Translations under genes and position numbers: made by a program | From: an uncultured Actinomycetes bacterium | GTDB lineage: Bacteria > Actinomycetota > Thermoleophilia > Gaiellales > JAICJC01 | Direction: 5' to 3' | Length of the DNA: 64,000 bases | NCBI GenBank assembly: GCA_963731515.1 | Contig: CAVSVU010000014.1 | Span: 547,941-611,940, forward strand | The notes under the pieces: model-generated | What the model saw: only the letters and a program-made list of their open reading frames with translations | Databases searched by the model: none | Told to the model about the DNA's origin: nothing | Shown here: one piece after another, positions 58,540-64,000 of the stretch | How the letters are laid out: every line of letters begins with the position of its first letter | Position numbering within the stretch: the stretch's first letter is position 1

Positions 58540-59358
58540 ATGTCCCTCTCCGTCCAGACCAACATCGAGGCGTTCGACGCCCACCGGAACCTGGTGAAGA
58601 CCAGCAACATGCTGGCCAGCTCGATGGAGAAGCTCTCCTCGGGTTACCGCATCAACAAGGCCGCCGACGACGCCGCCGGCCTGGCCATCTCCGAGAAGCT
58701 CGACGCCCAGGTCAGCGGTCTGACCCAGGCCCAGCAGAACGCGCAGGACGCCGTCAACCTCGTGCAGACGGCCGACGGTGCGATGGGCGAGGTCACCTCC
58801 ATGCTGCAGCGCGTCCGCGACCTCGCGGTCGAGTACAACAACGGCACGCTGTCGACCGCCGATCAGGCCGCCATCACGGCCGAGGTCGCCCAGCTCTGCG
58901 CCGAGATCTCCAGCATCGGCACGGACACCCAGTTCAACGGCATCGCCCTGCTGACCGGTAGCGCCACCATCACCTTCCAGGTGGGCGCCAACGACGGCGA
59001 GACCATCGCCACCAACGCGGTCAAGCTGTTCGGTTCCGGCTCGAGCTACGCCGTCGACTCCGCGATCTTCAGCTTCTCCGGCTCGACGATCAACCTGTCG
59101 GCGATCGACGCCGCCATCCAGAACGTCTCCACCGATCGCGCGACGTTCGGCGCCGTCCAGAACCGGCTCCAGCACACGCTGAACAACCTGGGCAACTACC
59201 AGGAGAACCTCTCGGCTTCCGAGTCGAGCATCAAGGACGTCGACATGGCGTCGGAGATGGTCAACTTCACGAAGCTGCAGGTGCTTCAGCAGGCCGGCAT
59301 GAGCGTCCTCTCGCAGGCCAACCAGTCGCCGCAGTCGGTCCTCTCGCTGCTGCGCTAG
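58540..59358 (+). CDS. fliC: Flagellin (copy 1, 272 aa, short Bacillus Hag-type)
   Basis: MSLSVQTNIEAFDAHRNL...LSSGYRINKAADDAAGLAISEKL N-terminus and ...SEMVNFTKLQVLQQAGMSVLSQANQSPQSVLSLLR C-terminus. Confidence 0.95.
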   Translation: MSLSVQTNIEAFDAHRNLVKTSNMLASSMEKLSSGYRINKAADDAAGLAISEKLDAQVSGLTQAQQNAQDAVNLVQTADGAMGEVTSMLQRVRDLAVEYNNGTLSTADQAAITAEVAQLCAEISSIGTDTQFNGIALLTGSATITFQVGANDGETIATNAVKLFGSGSSYAVDSAIFSFSGSTINLSAIDAAIQNVSTDRATFGAVQNRLQHTLNNLGNYQENLSASESSIKDVDMASEMVNFTKLQVLQQAGMSVLSQANQSPQSVLSLLR

Positions 59359-59384
59359 TCCCACGCTTCACCCGCATGACGATC

Positions 59385-59417
59385 GAAGGGCCACCCTCGG
59401 GTGGCCCTTCGGCTTTA
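59385..59417 (+). terminator. Rho-independent terminator of flagellin copy 1
   Basis: 11-bp stem GAAGGGCCACC / GGTGGCCCTTC, loop CTCG, followed by GGCTTT. Confidence 0.75.
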
Positions 59418-59427
59418 AGGTGGCGGG

Positions 59428-60219
59428 GTGGCGACGCCGCGATGGCAGACGACATCCCGCGCAGGCGTGGGCCTCGCGTGCGTCGACCACGGCGGCGCCG
59501 GGCCGCCTGCCGTGCTCGTCCACGGCCTGGCCGGGCAGGCCGGCGAGTGGGACGGCACGGCGGCCTGGCTGGGCCGGACGCACCGGGTGGTCGCGCCGGA
59601 CGCCCGCGGCCACGGCCGCAGCGAGCGCCGGCCCGGCGACGTGTCGCGAGCGGCGTTCGTCGACGACCTGGCGCACTGGATCGAGTTGCTCGGACTCGCC
59701 CCCGCCGTCGTGATCGGCCAGTCGCTGGGCGGGCACACCGCGTTCCTGCTGGCGGCCCGCCGCCCCGAGCTCGTCCGGGCGCTCGTCGTCGCCGAGGCGA
59801 CGCCCGAGGCCGACCCGGACGCCCCGGCAATCGTCGAGGCGTGGCTGCGGTCATGGCCCGTGCCGTTCGCCGGGCGGGACGATGCCCTCGCCTTCTTCGG
59901 CGACACGACCTGGGGCCGGGCGTGGGCCGGCGGCCTCGAGGAGCGCGACGGCGGCCTGTGGCCGGCGTTCGACGTCGACGTGATGGTCGCGGCGCTGGCC
60001 GCGACGGCGCAGCGCTCCTACTGGGACGAGTGGCGGCAGGTGTCCTGCCCCACGCTCGTGGTGCGCGCAGGCGACGACGGCATCCCCGAGGCGATCGTCG
60101 AGCGGATGGTCGCCGAGGCGCCCCGGGCAACGTCGGCGGTCATCCGCGACGCCGGCCACGACCTGCACCTGTATCAGCCGAGGCGCTGGCAAGAGGCTGT
60201 CGAGCGGTTCCTGGGCTGA
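59428..60219 (+). CDS. Alpha/beta-fold hydrolase
   Basis: GTG start. HGLAGQAGEW oxyanion region. Nucleophile elbow GQSLGG. Terminal DAGHDLHLYQP His. Confidence 0.85.
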   Translation: MATPRWQTTSRAGVGLACVDHGGAGPPAVLVHGLAGQAGEWDGTAAWLGRTHRVVAPDARGHGRSERRPGDVSRAAFVDDLAHWIELLGLAPAVVIGQSLGGHTAFLLAARRPELVRALVVAEATPEADPDAPAIVEAWLRSWPVPFAGRDDALAFFGDTTWGRAWAGGLEERDGGLWPAFDVDVMVAALAATAQRSYWDEWRQVSCPTLVVRAGDDGIPEAIVERMVAEAPRATSAVIRDAGHDLHLYQPRRWQEAVERFLG

Positions 60220-60221
60220 CA

Positions 60222-60292
60222 AAACGGGGTCTGACCCCGAACGTCGGCCGTGACAGTTCCGTTGCGCTTTCGTTCGGGGTCAGACCCCGTTT
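60222..60292. repeat. 63-bp hairpin repeat element, copy 3 (inverted relative to copies 1 and 2)
   Basis: GGGGTCTGACCCC at 60226-60238 and GGGGTCAGACCCC at 60276-60288 with GAACG/CGTTC flanks. The loop sequence is nearly identical to copy 2. Lies between convergent genes. Confidence 0.85.
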
Positions 60293-60930
60293 ACAGCGTC
60301 ACGTAGCCGGTGGCCTCGGACGGCCACCGCGTCTCCTCGCGCACGCCGTTCGAGGCGTTGCCCTCGACCGTCGTCAGCGAGCCGTCGGCGTTCACCGACT
60401 TGACGATGCCCACGTGCTCGGTGCCGAAGAGGATCAGCTCGCCCGGGAGCGGGCGTCTGCGTGAGCCGCCCGGTCGAGCGGGCCCAGTCGGTGATCTCGG
60501 AGACGGAGCCGAGGCCCTGGCCCTGGTCGCCGATCGGCGCGCCGGCCTGGGACGCGCACCAGGAGACGAAGTAGGCGCACCAGGGAGCGCCGGCGTAGGC
60601 GCCCTGGGTGGCGGTGCGGTACTCGGCGATCTGGGGGCCGTCGTTCGAGCCCGGCGGCTGCTCGGTGACGCCCACCTGGCTCTCGGCCACCTGCAGGGCG
60701 GCGAGCCCGGCGTTGCCGGTCGAGTCGCCGGACGCGCTGACGCCGGTCGTCCCGGCGGCGGCGAGCGCCTGCTGGAACGAGGTGGCGGAGCCGGACGCCG
60801 TCGCGGGTGCCTGGGAGCCGAAGAGGCCGGAGGGCGACGAGACCTGGCCGACCATCGCCTCGAGCTGCTGCATGCGGGCGAGGGCGTCGGTGAAGCTCGC
60901 GGGGGTGACGGCGTCAGGCGAGAGGCTCAT
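60291..60930 (-). pseudogene. CHAP-domain peptidoglycan hydrolase with FlgJ-like position, interrupted by one frameshift
   Basis: GAPWCAYFVSWC catalytic-Cys motif. After GRLTQTPAPG the sequence continues in another frame as ELILFGTEHVGIVKSVNADGSLTTVEGNASNGV...GYVTL*. There is an extra G in CCCGGG at about 60441-60447. Confidence 0.75.
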
Positions 60931-60989
60931 TCATCCTCTAGATCGCCCGCAGGCCGCGGAAGTTGAGGGCCGATCGGCCCCGAATTGCG

Positions 60990-61028
60990 CCGGGGGCCGC
61001 CCACGCTCGATGCGTGGACGGCCCCCGG
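60990..61028 (-). terminator. Hairpin downstream of flagellin copy 2 (terminator candidate, no U tract)
   Basis: 17-bp stem (CCGGGGGCCGCCCACGC / GCGTGGACGGCCCCCGG, one G-U pair) with a 5-nt loop, about 30 nt after the stop codon. Confidence 0.5.
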
Positions 61029-61059
61029 GTTCCACGGGTGATGCGCTCGCGCGCTACGA

Positions 61060-61881
61060 CTACTGGCGCAGCAGCGAGAGCACCGACTGCGAGGACTGGT
61101 TGGCCTGCGAGAGGACGCTCATGCCGGCCTGCTGAAGCACCTGCAGCTTCGTGAAGTTGACCATCTCCGACGCCATGTCGACGTCCTTGATCGACGACTC
61201 CGCCGCCGACAGGTTCTCCTGGTAGTTGCCCAGGTTGTTCAGCGTGTGCTGGAGCCGGTTCTGGACGGCGCCGAACGTGGCCCGGTCGGTGGACACGTTC
61301 TGGATGGCGGCGTCGATCGACGACAGGTTGATCGTCGAGCCCGTGAAGTTGAAGATCGCGGAGTCGATGGCGAACCCGGAGCCCGAGCCGAACAGCTGGA
61401 CGGCCGACGTGGCGATCGTCTCGCCGTCGTTGGCGCCCACCTGGAAGGTGATCGTGGCGTTACCGGTCAGCAGGGCGATGCCGTTGAAGGTCGTCTCGGT
61501 GCCGATGCTGGACACCTCGGCGCAGAGCTGGGCGACCTCGGCCGTGATGGCGGCCTGATCGGTGGCCGACAGCGTGCCGTTGTTGTACTCGACCGCGAGG
61601 TCGCGGACGCGCTGCAGGATCGACTGCACCTCGGCCATCGAGCCGTCGGCGGTCTGCACGAGGTTGACGGCGTCCTGGGCGTTCTGCTGAGCCTGGGTCA
61701 GGCCGCTGACCTGCGCGGACAGCTTCTCGGAGATGGCCAGGCCGGCGGCGTCGTCGGCGGCCTTGTTGATCCGGTAGCCCGAGGACAGCTTCTGCATGGA
61801 CTCGGACAGCTGGTTCGAGGTGTTGACCAGGTTGCGATGCGCGTCGAACGCCTCGATGTTGGTCTGGACGGAAAGGGACAT
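61060..61881 (-). CDS. fliC: Flagellin (copy 2, 273 aa), immediately downstream of csrA
   Basis: It differs from copy 1 at 26 residues plus one extra C-terminal Gln (my manual alignment). AAGGAG SD. 30-nt gap after the csrA stop. Confidence 0.95.
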   Translation of the reverse strand: MSLSVQTNIEAFDAHRNLVNTSNQLSESMQKLSSGYRINKAADDAAGLAISEKLSAQVSGLTQAQQNAQDAVNLVQTADGSMAEVQSILQRVRDLAVEYNNGTLSATDQAAITAEVAQLCAEVSSIGTETTFNGIALLTGNATITFQVGANDGETIATSAVQLFGSGSGFAIDSAIFNFTGSTINLSSIDAAIQNVSTDRATFGAVQNRLQHTLNNLGNYQENLSAAESSIKDVDMASEMVNFTKLQVLQQAGMSVLSQANQSSQSVLSLLRQ

Positions 61882-61911
61882 GACGGTTCTCCTTGGGGAC
61901 GGATTGCTGAT

Positions 61912-62133
61912 CTAGTTCGGGGGGATGACGGTGGGGACACTCGAGACGGACGCCAGCGCGGCGGCGGCGTTCTCTTCCTTGATCGCGAGCCAGATCTCGT
62001 GCCGGTACACGGGCACGTCGCTGGGCGCGTCGATGCCGAGGCGGACGCTCGACCCGGAGACCTCGAGCACCGTGACGGTGATCTGGTCGCCGAGGCAGAT
62101 GCGCTCGCCGGATCTACGGGTGATGACGAGCAC
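61912..62133 (-). CDS. csrA: Carbon storage regulator / flagellin translational repressor CsrA
   Basis: GTG start. (M)LVITRRSGERICLGDQITVTVLEVSGSSVRLGIDAPSDVPVYRHEIW is the canonical CsrA fold sequence. Confidence 0.9.
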   Translation of the reverse strand: MLVITRRSGERICLGDQITVTVLEVSGSSVRLGIDAPSDVPVYRHEIWLAIKEENAAAALASVSSVPTVIPPN

Positions 62134-62135
62134 GC

Positions 62136-62618
62136 CTAGACCCCCGTGGCCGCAACCGGAGCGGCCGGGGTCGCGGGACGCACCTCGGACAGCGGCACGC
62201 GCGAGAACAGGGGCTCGCGGACGCCGTAGCCTCCGACCTCGTTGATGACCTGGCGGCCGAGGCGGCTGGCGCCGTGGATGACGATCGGGCCGCGCAGGTT
62301 GATCGTGAAGTCGCCGAGCTGGTCGGCGGCGCGCACGACGCAGAAGATCTCCGCCTGCTCGGGCGACTCCAGCTGCAGCGTGGCGGCGTCGTCGTCCGAG
62401 AGCTTGACCTCGTAGTCCGCGAAGAACGGCCACGGCTTCGTCACGGGCAGCGCGAGCGACGGATCGTCGATCGAGTGCAGCCAGAAGAAGACCGACCTGT
62501 CGTCGCGGCCGACGAGCGCGTAGCGATTGCCGCCGAGACCGATGAGCCCCTCGGGAAACACGATGATCGTGTCGTCGCGGACCTCGATCTGGCCGAAACG
62601 GGTGCTGTTGATGTGCAT
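62136..62618 (-). CDS. fliW: Flagellar assembly factor FliW (CsrA antagonist)
   Basis: GAAGGAGAG SD. MHINSTRFGQIEVRDDTIIVFPEGLIGL...FFWLHSIDDPSLALPV...TINLRGPIVI is typical of FliW. Confidence 0.9.
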   Translation of the reverse strand: MHINSTRFGQIEVRDDTIIVFPEGLIGLGGNRYALVGRDDRSVFFWLHSIDDPSLALPVTKPWPFFADYEVKLSDDDAATLQLESPEQAEIFCVVRAADQLGDFTINLRGPIVIHGASRLGRQVINEVGGYGVREPLFSRVPLSEVRPATPAAPVAATGV

Positions 62619-62644
62619 GTGTCTCGTCTCTCCTTCAGAGGTTG

Positions 62645-63541
62645 TTACGTGCTGAGGAAGTCCATCAGCGACGGCTGGATGATCTGTGCGCCGGCGCGCA
62701 GCGCCGCCTGATACGCCGCCTGCTGGGTCGAGAAGTTGACCATGACCTGGGTCATATCGGCGTCCTGGACGTTGGACAAAAGCTGTGTCGTCGATTGCTC
62801 CGTCGACTGGAGCCGGTTCGTCGCCGTGGTGAGGCGATCGGAGAGGGCGCCGACCTGCGCGCGGGCGTTCAGCAACGTGTCGTTGGCGGTGTCGATCGCC
62901 TGCAGGTCGGTCGTGCTGAGCGCGTTCGTGTTGCCGGACTGGAGGTCGTTCACGATTCCCCGCAGCGTGGCCAGCAGGCCGTTCGTGCCGTCGCCGATGA
63001 CGCTCGAGCCGGGCTGGTTGATCGCGATCTGCACGCCCACGCCGATCTCGCGCGTGATCATGGCGGTGTTGCCCGAGTACGCGTCGTTGGAGCCGAGCTG
63101 GTACGGCTGCGTGTTGGTCGATGTGCCGGAGAAGATGTAGCGGCCGGCGTACTGCGTGTTGCCGTCGGTCTTGATCGAGTCGATGAGCTGGTTCAGCTCG
63201 GTGACGATGGCCTGGCGGTCGCTGGAGTCGTTCGTGTCGTTCGCGCCCTGGATGACCAGGTCGCGGGCGCGCTGGATCGAGTCGCCGATGTCGCCGAGGG
63301 CCGTGTCGGCCACGTTCTGCCACGAGTTCGCGTCCGAGACGTTCGACTGGTACTGCTGGTTCGACGCCAGGTCGGCGCGCAGCTTGAGCGCCTGGCTGGC
63401 CCCGTACGGATCGTCCGACGGCTGGTTCAGCTTGTAGCCCGACGAGAGCTGCTGCTCGGACGTCGAGAGCTGCGTCGTGACGTTCTGCAGGTCGTAGAGC
63501 AACGTCTGGTTCATCATTCCCTGGGTGATCCTGGTGGTCAC
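62645..63541 (-). CDS. flgL: Flagellar hook-filament junction protein FlgL (HAP3)
   Basis: 298 aa. MTTRITQGMMNQTLLYDLQ...LSSGYKLNQPSDDP N-terminus and flagellin-like C-terminus (DADMTQVMVNFSTQQAAYQAAL). Confidence 0.9.
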   Translation of the reverse strand: MTTRITQGMMNQTLLYDLQNVTTQLSTSEQQLSSGYKLNQPSDDPYGASQALKLRADLASNQQYQSNVSDANSWQNVADTALGDIGDSIQRARDLVIQGANDTNDSSDRQAIVTELNQLIDSIKTDGNTQYAGRYIFSGTSTNTQPYQLGSNDAYSGNTAMITREIGVGVQIAINQPGSSVIGDGTNGLLATLRGIVNDLQSGNTNALSTTDLQAIDTANDTLLNARAQVGALSDRLTTATNRLQSTEQSTTQLLSNVQDADMTQVMVNFSTQQAAYQAALRAGAQIIQPSLMDFLST

Positions 63542-64000
63542 AGGCCGACCCTCCCGGTGCGATTGATCAGCTGATCGATCATGTCGTCCATCGCGCTCAG
63601 CGCGCGGGCGGAAGCCTGGTAGCCGCGCTGAAACGTGATCAGGTTCGTCATCTCCTCGTCGAGGCTGACGCCGGAGACCGACTGGCGCTGGTTCTGCAGC
63701 GCGTTCGTGAGCGCCGTGGTCGTATCGACCTGGTTCGTCGCCTGCTGCACGTCGGCGCCCACCTGGGTGACGAGCTGCGTGTAGGCGGCGTCGATCGTCG
63801 ACGAGCCGATCGTCGGCGTCGTCTGCATGTCGGCCATCGCGAGCGCGTTGCCGGAGTCGCCGACGGCGCCGGTCGCCGACGCGGCGATCAGGCCCGGGTT
63901 GGAGATGAGCGCCGGGTTCACGGCGATGTTCGTGGCGTCGGTGCCGGTGAAGAAGGCCCCGCCCGCGTTGCCGTTCAGGTCGAAGCCGGCCGCGCTCTGG
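63538..64000 (-). CDS. flgK: Flagellar hook-filament junction protein FlgK (HAP1), C-terminal part only (the gene continues past the right edge)
   Basis: The C-terminus SGVSLDEEMTNLITFQRGYQASARALSAMDDMIDQLI is the FlgK signature. The reading frame stays open to position 64000. Confidence 0.85.
   Translation of the reverse strand, partial: QSAAGFDLNGNAGGAFFTGTDATNIAVNPALISNPGLIAASATGAVGDSGNALAMADMQTTPTIGSSTIDAAYTQLVTQVGADVQQATNQVDTTTALTNALQNQRQSVSGVSLDEEMTNLITFQRGYQASARALSAMDDMIDQLINRTGRVGL

Noticed and set aside
58540-61881. A Hin/Gin-type site-specific invertible flagellin switch.
   Set aside because: No recombinase or invertase gene, and no short crossover inverted repeats, are visible in or next to the segment. 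The only inverted repeats are the flagellin genes themselves. Only homologous recombination remains as a possibility, and I report that as a finding.

Overview
Very GC-rich window (by eye at least 70% GC, with third codon positions almost all G or C). Most long ORFs in the six-frame track are therefore GC artefacts, and I called genes by recognising protein families, not by ORF length.

Positions 1-26.2 kb are ordinary chromosomal genes:
- CDF metal exporter, CocE/NonD hydrolase, DsbA-like protein, arginase-family enzyme, phosphoesterase and sulfotransferase.
- ABC-F ATPase, a polar amino-acid ABC transporter, ketoacid dehydrogenase E1 alpha/beta, an MFS transporter and a large GT2-TPR glycosyltransferase.
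- A cyclic-di-GMP set: an HD-GYP phosphodiesterase, a tandem-PilZ protein and a GGDEF cyclase.

From 26.2 kb to the right edge there is one nearly uninterrupted flagellum/chemotaxis supercluster of the Bacillus (monoderm) type:
- flaG-fliD-fliS
- flgB-flgC-fliE-fliF-fliG-fliH-fliI-cheW-cheB-cheR-cheA-cheC-cheD-fliM-fliY-cheY
- fliJ-slt-fliK-flgD-flgE-flbD
- motA-motB-fliL-fliN
- fliA on the opposite strand
- fliO-fliP-fliQ-fliR-flhB-flhA-flhF
- two roughly 90% identical flagellin genes in inverted orientation
- a convergent flgK-flgL-fliW-csrA-flagellin operon

Observations worth a second look:
1. Nine sigma-28-type promoter matches (TCAA/TAAA-N15/16-GCCGAT[T/A/G/C]A) sit at the operon starts, and the sigma-28 gene itself is in the window.
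2. A family of 13-bp palindromes (GGGGTCWGACCCC, GGGGACWGTCCCC, GGTGCCWGGCACC) builds REP/MITE-like composite elements at operon boundaries.
3. At least 10 frameshifts interrupt 8 genes, including cheA, fliY, fliK and flhA. Several sit in short G or C runs, so the cause is either assembly indel error or decay of motility.
4. Two upstream ORFs lack a stop codon and read in frame into a downstream gene that has its own ribosome-binding site (fliI into cheW, CocE-type hydrolase into a Mop/TOBE gene).
5. The leader of flagellin copy 1 carries a hairpin that presents GGA in its loop, next to a fliW-csrA pair.

I saw no tRNA, rRNA, CRISPR array, transposase or integrase. All family calls come from reading the translations and remembering signature motifs; none was checked by a search. 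Frameshift positions are approximate.
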